This document shows, in pieces, positions 1 to 12,621 of a DNA stretch of 64,000 bases; the first letter of the stretch is position 1, and each line of letters begins with the position of its first letter. Position numbers and translations under genes: made by a program. The notes below the pieces were generated by a model. It did not search any database. It was not told the origin of the DNA and was given only the letters and a program-made list of their open reading frames with translations. Origin of the DNA: Eledone cirrhosa (taxonomy: Eukaryota); NCBI GenBank assembly GCA_964016885.1, contig OZ024764.1, positions 11,470,001-11,534,000 of the forward strand, written 5' to 3'.

Positions 1-3000
1 AAATGTGGTTGGTGTTAGGAAGGGCATCCAACTGTAGAAAACCTGCCAGACAGTCCACGCTGTAATGTGGCCGTGTAGGCAACACGGTAAAAACCTCCCA
101 GACCCACACTGTAAATGTGGTTGGTGTTAGGAAGGGCATCCAACTGTAGAAAACCCGCCAGACAGTCCACGCTGTAAAGTGGCCGTGTAGTCAACACGGT
201 AAAAACCTCCCAGACCCACACTGTAAATGTGGTTGGTGTTAGGAAGGGCATCCAACTGTAGAAAACCCGCCAGACAGTCCACGCTGTAAATGTGCCCGTG
301 TAGTCAACACGGTAAAAACCTCCCAGACCCACACTGTAAATGTGGTTGGTGTTAGGAAGGGCATCCAACTGTAGAAAACCCGCCAGACAGTCCACGCTGT
401 AATGTGGCCGTGTAGTCAACACGGTAAAAACCTCCCAGACCCACACTGTAAATGTGGTTGGTGTTAGGAAGGGCATCCAACTGTAGAAAACCTGCCAGAC
501 AGTCCACGCTGTAATGTGGCCGTGTAGTCAACACGGTAAAAACCTCCCAGCCCCACACTGTAAATGTGGTTGGTGTTAGGAAGGGCATCCAACTGTAGAA
601 AACCCGCCAGACAGTCCACGCTGTAAATGTGGCCGTGTAGTCAACACGGTAAAAACCTCCCAGACCCACACTGTAAATGTGGTTGGTGTTAGGAAGGGCA
701 TCCAGCTGTAGAAAACCCGCCAGACAGTCCACGCTGTAATGTGGCCGTGTAGTCAACACGGTAAAAACCTCCCAGACCCACACTGTAAATGTGGTTGGTG
801 TTAGGAAGGGCATCCAACTGTAGAAAACCTGCCAGACAGTCCACGCTGTAATGTGGCCGTGTAGGCAACACGGTAAAAACCTCCCAGCCCCACACTGTAA
901 ATGTGGTTGGTGTTAGGAAGGGCATCCAACTGTAGAAAACCCGCCAGACAGTCCACGCTGTAAATGTGGCCGTGTAGTCAACACGGTAAAAACCTCCCAG
1001 ACCCACACTGTAAATGTGGTTGGTGTTAGGAAGGGCATCCAACTGTAGAAAACCCGCCAGACAGTCCACGCTGTAAAGTGGCCGTGTAGTCAACACGGTA
1101 AAAACCTCCCAGACCCACACTGTAAATGTGGTTGGTGTTAGGAAGGGCATCCAACTGTAGAAAACCCGCCAGACAGTCCACGCTGTAAATGTGGCCGTGT
1201 AGTCAACACGGTAAAAACCTCCCAGACCCACACTGTAAATGTGGTTGGTGTTAGGAAGGGCATCCAACTGTAGAAAACCCGCCAGACAGTCCACGCTGTA
1301 ATGTGGCCGTGTAGTCAACACGGTAAAAACCTCCCAGACCCACACTGTAAATGTGGTTGGTGTTAGGAAGGGCATCCAACTGTAGAAAACCTGCCAGACA
1401 GTCCACGCTGTAATGTGGCCGTGTAGTCAACACGGTAAAAACCTCCCAGCCCCACACTGTAAATGTGGTTGGTGTTAGGAAGGGCATCCAGCTGTAGAAA
1501 ACCCGCCAGACAGTCCACACTGTAATGTGGCCGTGTAGGTAACACGGTAAAAACCTCCCAGCCCCACACTGTAAATGTGGTTGGTGTTAGGAAGGGCATC
1601 CAGCTGTAGAAAACCCGCCAGACAGTCCACGCTGTAATGTGGCCGTGTAGGCAACACAGTAAAAACCTCCCAGCCCCACACTGTAAATGTGGTTGGTGTT
1701 AGGAAGGGCATCCAGCTGTAGAAAACCCGCCAGACAGTCCACACTGTAATGTGGCCGTGTAGGTAACACGGTAAAAACCTCCCAGCCCCACACTGTAAAT
1801 GTGGTTGGTGTTAGGAAGGGCATCCAGCTGTAGAAAACCCGCCAGACAGTCCACGCTGTAATGTGGCCGTGTAGGCAACACGGTAAAAACCTCCCAGCCC
1901 CACACTGTAAATGTGGTTGGTGTTAGGAAGGGCATCCAACTGTAGAAAACCTGCCAGACAGTCCACGCTGTAATGTGGCCGTGTAGGCAACACGGTAAAA
2001 ACCTCCCAGCCCCACACTGTAAATGTGGTTGGTGTTAGGAAGGGCATCCAACTGTAGAAAACCTGCCAGACAGTCCACGCTGTAATGTGGCCGTGTAGGC
2101 AACACGGTAAAAACCTCCCAGCCCCACACTGTAAATGTGGTTGGTGTTAGGAAGGGCATCCAACTGTAGAAAACCTGCCAGACAGTCCACGCTGTAATGT
2201 GGCCGTGTAGGCAACACGGTAAAAACCTCCCAGCCCCACACTGTAAATGTGGTTGGTGTTAGGAAGGGCATCCAACTGTAGAAAACCTGCCAGACAGTCC
2301 ACGCTGTAATGTGGCCGTGTAGGCAACACGGTAAAAACCTCCCAGCCCCACACTGTAAATGTGGTTGGTGTTAGGAAGGGCATCCAACTGTAGAAAACCT
2401 GCCAGACAGTCCACGCTGTAATGTGGCCGTGTAGGCAACACGGTAAAAACCTCCCAGCCCCACACTGTAAATGTGGTTGGTGTTAGGAAGGGCATCCAAC
2501 TGTAGAAAACCTGCCAGACAGTCCACGCTGTAATGTGGCCGTGTAGGCAACACGGTAAAAACCTCCCAGCCCCACACTGTAAATGTGGTTGGTGTTAGGA
2601 AGGGCATCCAACTGTAGAAAACCTGCCAGACAGTCCACGCTGTAATGTGGCCGTGTAGGCAACACGGTAAAAACCTCCCAGCCCCACACTGTAAATGTGG
2701 TTGGTGTTAGGAAGGGCATCCAACTGTAGAAAACCTGCCAGACAGTCCACGCTGTAATGTGGCCGTGTAGGCAACACGGTAAAAACCTCCCAGCCCCACA
2801 CTGTAAATGTGGTTGGTGTTAGGAAGGGCATCCAACTGTAGAAAACCTGCCAGACAGTCCACGCTGTAATGTGGCCGTGTAGGCAACACGGTAAAAACCT
2901 CCCAGCCCCACACTGTAAATGTGGTTGGTGTTAGGAAGGGCATCCAACTGTAGAAAACCTGCCAGACAGTCCACGCTGTAATGTGGCCGTGTAGGCAACA

Positions 3001-4316
3001 CGGTAAAAACCTCCCAGACCCACACTGTAAATGTGGTTGGTGTTAGGAAGGGCATCCAACTGTAGAAAACCCGCCAGACAGTCCACGCTGTAATGTGGCC
3101 GTGTAGGCAACACGGTAAAAACCTCCCAGCCCCACACTGTAAATGTGGTTGGTGTTAGGAAGGGCATCCAACTGTAGAAAACCTGCCAGACAGTCCACGC
3201 TGTAATGTGGCCGTGTAGGCAACACGGTAAAAACCTCCCAGCCCCACACTGTAAATGTGGTTGGTGTTAGGAAGGGCATCCAACTGTAGAAAACCCGCCA
3301 GACAGTCCACGCTGTAATGTGGCCGTGTAGGCAACACGGTAAAAACCTCCCAGCCCCACACTGTAAATGTGGTTGGTGTTAGGAAGGGCATCCAACTGTA
3401 GAAAACCTGCCAGACAGTCCACGCTGTAATGTGGCCGTGTAGGCAACACGGTAAAAACCTCCCAGCCCCACACTGTAAATGTGGTTGGTGTTAGGAAGGG
3501 CATCCAACTGTAGAAAACCTGCCAGACAGTCCACGCTGTAATGTGGCCGTGTAGGCAACACGGTAAAAACCTCCCAGCCCCACACTGTAAATGTGGTTGG
3601 TGTTAGGAAGGGCATCCAACTGTAGAAAACCCGCCAGACAGTCCACGCTGTAATGTGGCCGTGTAGGCAACACGGTAAAAACCTCCCAGCCCCACACTGT
3701 AAATGTGGTTGGTGTTAGGAAGGGCATCCAACTGTAGAAAACCCGCCAGACAGTCCACGCTGTAATGTGGCCGTGTAGGCAACACGGTAAAAACCTCCCA
3801 GCCCCACACTGTAAATGTGGTTGGTGTTAGGAAGGGCATCCAACTGTAGAAAACCCGCCAGACAGTCCACGCTGTAATGTGGCCGTGTAGGCAACACGGT
3901 AAAAACCTCCCAGACCCACACTGTAAATGTGGTTGGTGTTAGGAAGGGCATCCAACTGTAGAAAACCTGCCAGACAGTCCACGCTGTAATGTGGCCGTGT
4001 AGGCAACACGGTAAAAACCTCCCAGCCCCACACTGTAAATGTGGTTGGTGTTAGGAAGGGCATCCAACTGTAGAAAACCCGCCAGACAGTCCACGCTGTA
4101 ATGTGGCCGTGTAGGCAACACGGTAAAAACCTCCCAGACCCACACTGTAAATGTGGTTGGTGTTAGGAAGGGCATCCAACTGTAGAAAACCTGCCAGACA
4201 GTCCACGCTGTAATGTGGCCGTGTAGGCAACACGGTAAAAACCTCCCAGCCCCACACTGTAAATGTGGTTGGTGTTAGGAAGGGCATCCAACTGTAGAAA
4301 ACCTGCCAGACAGTCC
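1..4316 (+). repeat. 112/113-bp tandem array (~38 copies, continues beyond window start) derived from an RTE LINE 3' UTR
   Basis: Unit aaatgtggttggtgttaggaagggcatcc...cacactgt recurs every 112 bp (1, 113, 225...). The unit is the reverse complement of 42187-42298, which lies in the 3' UTR of the RTE fragment. Confidence 0.97.
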
Positions 4317-4422
4317 TATGCGAGCAAGACAATCACTCTTGCCTCAAGTGGGACTACCCCCGTCCAAACCCATGCAAGCGTGGAACACGGACGTTAAACG
4401 TTGATGATGATGATGATGATGA
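4317..4422 (+). mobile_element. RTE LINE 3' terminus with (GAT)n tail, contiguous with the array
   Basis: tatgcgagcaagacaatc...ggacgttaaacgttgatgatgat; near-identical to 9720-9832 and to the reverse complement of 42078-42186. Confidence 0.9.
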
Positions 4423-5038
4423 TATACACATAGATACATAGGTATAAACAGCTATATATATGGTGTCCATCCTTTACCAGTTTTGCTCGATGAATTGAAT
4501 AAATAATACGAATTGAATAAATAATAATACTTCACGTCTTAGGTGCAATTTAACTGCACTTTATCTGCATTTTATCTGCACTTTAACTGCCCACCAGCTG
4601 ATGAAACTGTGCAGTCAGGGCTACAAGGAAAAATTACGTAAATTTTGTCTATTTATCTATTTATTCTTCACACTTATAATTATATATAGCTTTGATTAAT
4701 TGATTATCTATGTTATTCATTTGGTGCTATGAAGAAAAATTAGATAAAGCTTGTCTATTTGTTCCTCACTTAGAATTTTATATAAACTAGAATCTGTTCA
4801 TATGCTTGTGCGTTTATGTGTGTATATATTTATTTATTTATTAAAATAACAGATTAAAGTTTAAGCAAAGAATCGCTGCTTTCACCCTTCACGGGATCTT
4901 CTGAAACTAAAAAAATTTGCTCTAAGGTTCTTATATATTTGATATATATTTATCCTTATTGAGCCCTCTTTGGATTTTAGTCTTCAAATTTATTATATAT
5001 ATTTATTAAAATAACAGATTAAAGTTATATATATATAT

Positions 5039-5204
5039 ATAGGAAAAAGTATGACTCCGACGGCAGAGCTCAAGCCGTATCGACGAAATGGCTTGAACTC
5101 TGCCGTCGGGGTCATACTTTTTCCTATTTCCCACTCTACTACCCTAAGTATTGAGTACTCTGGTGCGTTATGGTCCATCTGGTTCCTTACCACAATTCCT
5201 TTGT

Positions 5205-5206
<2 letters not shown>
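5039..5206 (+). mobile_element. Penelope-pLTR/retrozyme-like fragment with fold-back palindrome and 3' half of a hammerhead
   Basis: Palindrome 5039-5127; GAAA-TGGC-ttgaactct-GCCGTC-ggggtc; GTATTGAGTAC at 5148; (TA)n on both sides; homologous to 41268-41474. Confidence 0.65.
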
Positions 5207-5238
<32 letters not shown>

Positions 5239-5278
5239 TATTTAATATATATATAAAATATATCTATATCTATATAAA

Positions 5279-5310
<32 letters not shown>

Positions 5311-5311
<1 letters not shown>

Positions 5312-5528
5312 AAGGCGTGTGGCTGAGTGGTTAGAGAATTGGATTCGCAATCGTAAGGTTGTGAGTTCGATTCCTGGACCAGGCGATGCGTTATGTCCTT
5401 GAGCAAGACACTTTATTTCACGTTGCTCCTTCTACCTGGAGTTGCGACCGATAGATAGTATTAGCAATTGGAAAGACCAACGGAAACATTGTTCCCTCGG
5501 TCCGATTTGACGAAAGTCGATCGTTCCT
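5311..5528 (+). mobile_element. tRNA-derived SINE (head and core, divergent 3' part)
   Basis: A box tggctgagtgg, B box gagttcgattcc, core ccttgagcaagacactttatttcac shared with the copy at 59959. Confidence 0.8.
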
Positions 5529-5694
5529 ATATGTGTGTGTGTACACATATATTTAATATATAAATAAAATATATATATATCTATATAAAATATATATATA
5601 TGTATATAAAATATAAATATGTACATATATATTTAAAATATATATATATATACATAAAATATCTCTCTATCTCTCTATCTCTGTCTCTCTCTCA

Positions 5695-5748
<54 letters not shown>

Positions 5749-5840
5749 TATATATATAGATAGGTAGATAGATTCAGAGTTAAATTGATAGACAGATAAG
5801 TAAATATACATATAGATTGAGAGACATATATACATATGCG

Positions 5841-5880
<40 letters not shown>

Positions 5881-6099
5881 ATGTATGTATGTATAAACAC
5901 AGAAATAGCAGCAGAGGTAAATACAACTGATTGTCCACATGTCTGTTCTTGACTCATACTTAGAATACCTTCAATGAATGGCTGTTCTGTTCTGACCTTT
6001 GACCTTCCTTCTAAATTTGACCTTTTCCTAGCCAGAAAGGAATCCACCATGCCAGAATAGAGCTATCACATGTTCTGTGTATGTATATGTCAATAGTGA

Positions 6100-7495
6100 A
6101 ATGTAGGAAGGGGGATGCTATGAGATATGTGGAAGTAGGAAGTAGGAAGGGGATGGTAGGAGAATGGGAGTGAAAGTAAGAGGGAAATGTAGGAAAGGGG
6201 ATGGTATGAGATATATGGAAAGTGGAAGTAGGAAGGGGATGGTAGGAGAAATGGGAGGGAAATGTAGGAAGAGGGATGGTATGAGATATGTGGAAAGTGG
6301 AAGTAGGAAGGGGATGGTAAGAGAATGGGAGTGAAAGTAAGAGGGAAATGTAGGAAAGGGGATGGTATGAGATATATGGAAAGTGGAAGTAGGAAGGGGA
6401 TGGTAGGAGAATGGGAGGGAAAGTAAGAGGGAAATGTAGGAAAGGGGATAGTATGAGATATATGGAAAGTGGAAGTAGGAGGGGGATGGTAGGAGAAATG
6501 GGAGTGAAAGTAAGAGGGAAATGTAGGAAGGGGATGGTATGAGATATGTGGAAAGTGGAAGTAGGAAGGGGATGGTAGGAGAATGGGAGGGAAAGTAAGA
6601 GGGAAATGTAGGAAAGGGGATGGTATGAGATATATGGAAAGTGGAAGTAGGAAGGGGATGGTAGGAGAATGGGAGGGAAAGTAAGAGGGAAATGTAGGAA
6701 AGGGGATGGTATGAGATATGTGGAAAGTGGAAGTAGGAAGTGGGTGGTAGGAGAAATGGGAGGGAAATGTAGGAAAGGGGATGGTATGAGATATATGGAA
6801 AGTGGAAGTAGGGAGAGGATTCTAGAGTAAGAAGGAAAAAGTAGGAGGAAGGGGATGGTAGGAGAAATGGGAGGGAAATGTAGAAAGGGGATGGTATGAG
6901 ATATATGGAAAGTGGAAGTAGGGAGAGGATTCTAGAGTAAGAAGGAAAAAGTAGGAGGAAGGGGATGGTAGGAGAAATGGGAGTGAAAGTAAGAGGGAAA
7001 TGTAGGAAAGGGGATGGTATGAGATATATGGAAAGTGGAAGTTAGAGGAAGAGGTAGGAGAGGGGATGGTAGGAGATATAGGAGTAGGAAGGGGAGGGGA
7101 GGAGATATAGGAGTAGGAAGGGGAGGGGAGGAGATATGTGACAGTGAGAGGAAAATGTAAGAGAGGGGTGGTATAAGATATATGGAAGTGAACGTTAGAG
7201 GAAAAAGTAGAAAGGGGGTGGTTGGAGATATGTGAAAGTGGCAGTAAGAGGGAAAAGTAGGAAGGGGGGCATATGAGATATAGGGCAATGGAAGTAGGGG
7301 CAGGAAGGGGAGGGTAGGAGATATAGAACAATGAGAGTAGGAGTAGAAAGGGGAGGGTAGGAGATATAGAACAATGGAAGTAGGAAGGGGAGGATAGGAG
7401 ATATAGAATGATGGGAGTAGGAAGGGAGAGTAGGAGATAGAGGATAATGAAAGTAGCAGTAGGAAGGGGATGGTAGGAGATATGAGACAATGAAA
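6100..7495 (+). repeat. Purine-rich degenerate minisatellite (gtaggaaggggatggta motifs)
   Basis: Almost C-free G/A-rich strand with recurring sub-units and a 111-bp duplication at ~6822/6933. Confidence 0.9.
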
Positions 7496-7638
7496 TTGAG
7501 ACCAGAAACAATCAGACATTTCTATTATAAAAACTGGCCAATGTTCATTTATTCACATATGTAGTTAATGTGTATATGTGTGTATATATATGTATATATA
7601 TCTATATGTGTGTATATACATCTATGTATGTAAAAGTG

Positions 7639-8190
7639 GGCTGCATGAGATATGGCCCATCATCAGGCAGGCTGCATGAGATATGGCCCATCATCAGGCA
7701 GGCTGCATGAGATATGGCCCATCATCAGGCAGGCTGTATGAGATATGGCCCATCATCAGGCAGGCTGTATGAGATATGGCCCATCATCAGGCAGGCTGTA
7801 TGAGATATGGCTCATCATCAGACAGGCTGCATGAGATATGGCCCATCATCAGGCAGGCTGTATGAGATATGGCCCATCATCAGGTAGGCTGCATGAGATA
7901 TGGCCCATCATCAGGCAGGCTGCATGAGATATGGCCCATCATCAGGCAGGCTGTATGAGATATGGCTCATCATCAGGCAGGCTGTATGAGATATGGCCCA
8001 TCATCAGGCAGGCTGTATGAGATATGGCCCATCATCAGGCAGGCTGCATGAGATATGGCCCATCATCAGGCAGGCTGCATGAGATATGGCTCATCATCAG
8101 GTAGGCTGTATGAGATATGGCCCATCATCAGGCAGGCTGCATGAGATATGGCCCATCATCAGGCAGGCTGCATGAGATATGGCTCATCAG
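7639..8190. repeat. 31-bp minisatellite, ~17 copies
   Basis: ggctgcatgagatatggcccatcatcaggca at 31-bp period (7641, 7672...). Confidence 0.95.
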
Positions 8191-8380
8191 CAGGCGGGCC
8201 ACAAGCGCTAGTTTACATTCATGCCCACATTTTAATAAAAGGGCAGTAACTCAGGTTGTTTTGATTTGTTTCTTCAGAATTCGTACCCGTTGTTTTACCT
8301 CGATTGTAAAAATGATAGAAAGATAAATTACGACTGAAAAGTTGGGGTAAAAAAATCAGAAAGATTTTACTTAGGTGACT

Positions 8381-8381
<1 letters not shown>

Positions 8382-8412
<31 letters not shown>

Positions 8413-9105
8413 TGGCCTCAGCCAAAATCAATTCAACAATTGGTCCCCATGTGGGTCTGTTGTTCATTGCCGTTGCCAAGTCCTGGATTTCAATACCAGA
8501 ATCTCTGGAGATGACATTAGGATAGGAGAGCTTGCACCCCCTGTTATTAGTGACTGCTTGTGGTTTCCAAAGCACTAATGGGGGACAGCCTCAGAGGTGG
8601 CACAATGGCAGTGGCCAGAGCAAATTGGGATAGGAGAGCTTGCGCCCCCTGTTATTAGTGACTGCTTGTGGTTTCCAAAGCACTAATGGGGGACAGCCTC
8701 AGAGGTGGCACAATGGCAGTGGCCAGAGCAAATTGGGATAGGAGAGCTTGCGCCCCCTGTTATTAGTGACTGCTTATGGTTTCCAAAGCACTAATGGGGA
8801 CACAGCCTCAGAGGTGGCATGATGGCAGTGGCCAGCAAATTGGGGTAGGAGAGCTTGTGGCCCCTGTTATTAGTGACTGCTTGTCGTTTCCAAAGCACTA
8901 ATGGGGACACAGCCTCAGAGGTGGCACAATGGCAGTGGCCAGAGCAAATTGGGATAGGAGAGCTTGTGGCCCCTGTTATTAGTGACTACTTGTGGTTTCT
9001 ATAGTAGTAATGGGGACACAGTCTCATAGGTGGCCAGCAAATCTTACTCTCCTTTTACGTACAACGACAGATATGTGTGGGAGGCAGGCATATATATCCC
9101 TCAAA
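8382..9105 (-). mobile_element. RTE-like LINE 3' fragment with ~108-bp internal tandem expansion (~5 copies)
   Basis: Minus-strand translation gives RKRRVRFAGH...LVLWKPQ...SYPNVISRDSGIEIQDLATAMNNRPTW followed by a (GAT)n tail; repeat starts at 8521, 8629, 8737. Confidence 0.75.
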
Positions 9106-9130
9106 GGCAGACAAGCTATTCAGAAAGCTT

Positions 9131-9170
9131 TGCGGGCCGCAGGTTGCCAATGTCTGTGCTAAAGGGTTAA
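9131..9170. mobile_element. hAT/Charlie-like terminus abutting a TTAA (piggyBac-like) MITE end
   Basis: gcgggccgcaggttgcc..ctg resembles Charlie-type ends, followed by tgctaaagggTTAA; a related TTAAcccttta end lies at ~14345. Confidence 0.45.
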
Positions 9171-9514
9171 AATAGGTTGTTTTGTTTCAGGGAACCAGAG
9201 TTAGTTTGGGTCTGGCTGTTATCAAAATATTTCACTCTTTTGTGATGGATTTCTAATGAAATACTCTCCGTTTCAATTAATCAATGAACAATTTTGACTA
9301 AAATTATTAATTACTTCACTATTAAGATAGGAACTTAACATATGGTTCTTGTATAAGATTATGTCGGAAGATTTTAATTTAAATAGGAGTCCTATAACAT
9401 ATATGGTTTTGTTTCATAGAATCAGAGCCCTTTTTCGCTCCCTTCTTTCCTTCCTTCCTTCCTCTCTCTCTCTGCCGCTTCTTCCCTTCTCTCTCTCTCT
9501 GCCGCTTCTTCCCT

Positions 9515-9545
<31 letters not shown>

Positions 9546-9639
9546 GTCTCCTTCTCTCTCTCTCCTTCTCTCTCTGTCTCCTTCTCTCTCTGTCTCCTTC
9601 TCTCTCTTCAACAAGCTAACTGTTATATATATATATATA

Positions 9640-9832
9640 TAAAAACCTCCCAGACCCACACTGTAAACGTGGTTGGTGTTAGGAAGGGCATCCAACTGTA
9701 GAAAACCTGCCAGACAGTCCTATGCGAGCAAGACAATCACTCTTGCCTCAAGTGGGACTACCCCCGTCCAAACCCATGCAAGCGTGGAACACGGACGTTA
9801 AACGTTGATGATGATGATGATGATGATGATGA
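9640..9832 (+). mobile_element. 5'-truncated RTE 3' UTR copy in (TA)n
   Basis: Matches the array unit and the terminus at 4240-4422; (GAT)n tail. Confidence 0.92.
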
Positions 9833-9894
9833 TATATATATATATATTTATATATATGTGTATAAATATATATATCTCCTAGCCAGAATCTAAA

Positions 9895-10580
9895 TATCTC
9901 TCTCTCTCCCTTTCTTTGCTCTCTCTCTCTCTCTCTCTCTTTTATCCCCTTCTTCATTCTCTCTCTTTCTCCCCTTCTTCATTCTCTCTCTCACCCCTTC
10001 TTTGCTCTCTTTCTCTCACCCCTTCTTTGCTCTCTCTCTCTCACCCCTTCTTTGCTCTCTCTCTCTCACCCCTTCTTTGCTCTCTCTCTCTCACCCCTTC
10101 TTTGCTCTCTCTCTCTCACCCCTTCTTTGCTCTCTCTCTCTCTCCCCTTCTTTGCTCTCTCTCTCTCTCTCTCCCCTTCTTTGCTCTCTCTCTCTCTCTC
10201 TCTCCCCTTCTTTGCTCTCTCTCTCTCTCTCTCCCCTTCTTTGCTCTCTCTCTCTCTCTCCCTTTCTTTGCTCTCTCTCTCTCTCTCTCCCCTTCTTTGC
10301 TCTCTCTCTCTCTCCCTTTCTTTGCTCTCTCTCTCTCTCACCCCTTCTTTGCTCGCTCTCTCACCCCTTCTTTGCTCTCTCTCTCACCCCTTCTTTGCTC
10401 TCTCTCTCACCCCTTCTTTGCTCACTCTCTCTCACCCCTTCTTTGCTCACTCTCTCTCTCTACTTCACTCTCTCTCTCCTTCTCTCCACATTCTCTCTCT
10501 CTCTCTCTCTCTCTCCCTCTCCACACACACTCTCTCTCTCTTTATTTCCTCCCTCTCTCCACTACTCTCCACTCTCTCTG
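9895..10580. repeat. (CT)n-based compound minisatellite
   Basis: Repeating ccccttctttg plus (ct)n; polypyrimidine tract. Confidence 0.92.
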
Positions 10581-10960
10581 TTACAACTGCTACCAGCTAA
10601 CTGTTAACAGCAACATACAAAATCCTGTACTCTGATGTGTGTGTGTGTGAGTGAGTGTATGTGCATATATATATGTGTGAGTGTGTGTGTTTGAGTGAGA
10701 TTGTGTGTGAGTGAGTGTATGTGCGTATATATATATATGTGTGTGTTTGTGTGATATTGTGTGTGTGTGTGTATGTGTGTGTGTGTGTGTGAGATTGTGA
10801 GTGTATGTGTGTGTATATATATATATGTATGTGTGTGTGTGTGTGTATATATATGTATGTGTTATTGTCTTCAGTCAGTCTACAGTGAGTCCAATGTGTG
10901 TATATATGTGTGTATATATATGTATATATGTATGTATATATATATATATGTGTGTGTGTG

Positions 10961-11005
<45 letters not shown>

Positions 11006-11072
11006 GTGTATATATATGTGTATATATATGTGTGTGTATATATATATATGTGTGTATATGTGTGCGTGTGTG

Positions 11073-11105
<33 letters not shown>

Positions 11106-11132
11106 ATATATATATGTGTGTGTGTGTGTGTG

Positions 11133-11177
<45 letters not shown>

Positions 11178-11194
11178 GTGTGTGTGTATGTGTG

Positions 11195-11227
<33 letters not shown>

Positions 11228-11429
11228 TATTGTCTTCAGTGAGTCTACAGTGAGTCCAAACCAAACCAATTCCCATATCTTCCATTTAGAACCTTCTAAT
11301 CATAGCCATCTCAGTCTAAATGGTGCCGAAATTTATTCCAAAGATTAGTCTTTGAGATTGTGGAATTTCCTATTATTTCGGAAACCATACATGGAAATTG
11401 GGAATTAGGATTTGGGGAACTTCGCTAAG

Positions 11430-12430
11430 AATTGGAGGAGGGGAGATATGGTGCTGTTGGGTTGGTTCGGAGTAGGGGAGGAGAAGGTTGTAGGAGAAAA
11501 TGGCTGTGTGAGGATGGAAGGGTGTTTGTGGATATGTAGGGAAAAATGGGGGTGGGGGTGGGGAGGGGTAGGAGAAAATGGCCGTGGGGGTGGAAGGATG
11601 TTTGTGAATGTGTGGGCAAAACGAGGGTTAGGAAAAATTGGGGGGGGGGGGGTGTAGGAGAAAATGGCTGTGAGGATGGAAGGGTGTTTGTGGATATGTG
11701 GGCAAAAAGAGGGTTTTGGAAAATGGGGCGTTGGGGGGGGGGGGTAGGAGAAAATGACCTTGGGGGTGGAAGGGCGGTTGTGAATATGTAGGTGGGAGTG
11801 GAGGAGTGTTTGTGAATATGTGGGCAAAAAGAGGATTAGGAAAAATGTTGGGGGTGGGGGCCGGACTGGAGGTAGGGTGTAGAAGTGTGTGTGGGGTGGG
11901 GCAGAGCAGAGGTAGGGTGTAGGAAAAAAATGGCCATGGGGTGGATGGGTGTTTGTGAATGTGTGGGCAAAAAGACTGTTAGAAAATATGTGGGGGTGGG
12001 GGCAGAGGGCGGTGGTAAAATGGCAGCATGTGTATCAGGTGGGGGTGGGTGTCTTGTGAATAAGAGGGCAAAAAGAGGGTTAGGGAGAAAGTTGTGGGGC
12101 AGAGCGGTGGGGTGGAGGGTGGGTAAATGGTGGCATGGGTATGGGTGGGAAAGTGTCCTATGAATAAAAGGGTAAAAAGAGGGTTAGAAAAAATGTGGGT
12201 GAAGGGCAATGGGGAGGTTTAATGTCTATCTAGCGACATGGGTAGAGGGTGGTGGGTGTTGTAAATAAGAAGGCAAAAAGAGGGGTTAGGAAAATTGGGG
12301 GAGGTGGGAGGTGTAAGTGGTAAGGGTAGGGGCGTTGTGAATAAGAGGGTTAAAAGAGGGTAAAGATAAATGGGGAGAGGTGTGGGTGATGGGAGGGGAG
12401 TGTGGTGGAAATGGTAGTGTGGTGAGAGAG
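11430..12430 (+). repeat. G-rich degenerate tandem repeat
   Basis: Recurring gtaggagaaaatgg...gtttgtgaatatgtgggcaaaaagagggttag with long G runs. Confidence 0.75.
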
Positions 12431-12502
12431 TTGGGTTAATATGAGAGCAATATATATATATATGTATATATAGTTATGTAATAAACAACATAAGATAATT
12501 AA

Positions 12503-12564
12503 TTCATTTACCAGAGGTTTCTTGAAGACAGATATTTATATCTGTCTTCAGTCATCAGAAAGAA
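12503..12564 (-). ncRNA. Type I hammerhead ribozyme candidate
   Basis: Reverse complement: ttcttt-CTGATGA-c-tgaagacagatat-aa-atatctgtcttca-a-GAAACC-tct-GGTA-aatgaa. All core nucleotides are present, stem II is long and perfect, and the triplet is GUA. Confidence 0.75.
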
Positions 12565-12621
12565 TAATATGGAATGTTTATTAAATATGGATTTGAAAAC
12601 AAACGGAAATACTTCATTTAT

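Noticed and set aside
1-4316. CRISPR-like regular array
   Set aside because: There are no unique spacers or cas genes, and the context is eukaryotic.
15-4332. Series of 78-228 aa ORFs (MPFLTPTT...)
   Set aside because: These are antisense translations of a non-coding 112-bp unit whose length is not a multiple of three.
5925-6075. Possible exon (MVDSFLARKRSNLEG...)
   Set aside because: There is no recognisable homology or convincing splice-site pair, and the ORF length comes from adjacent microsatellite.
7639-8190. CTGATGA in every unit of the 31-bp repeat (- strand) as tandem hammerheads
   Set aside because: There is no GAAA core segment or stem I/III complementarity.
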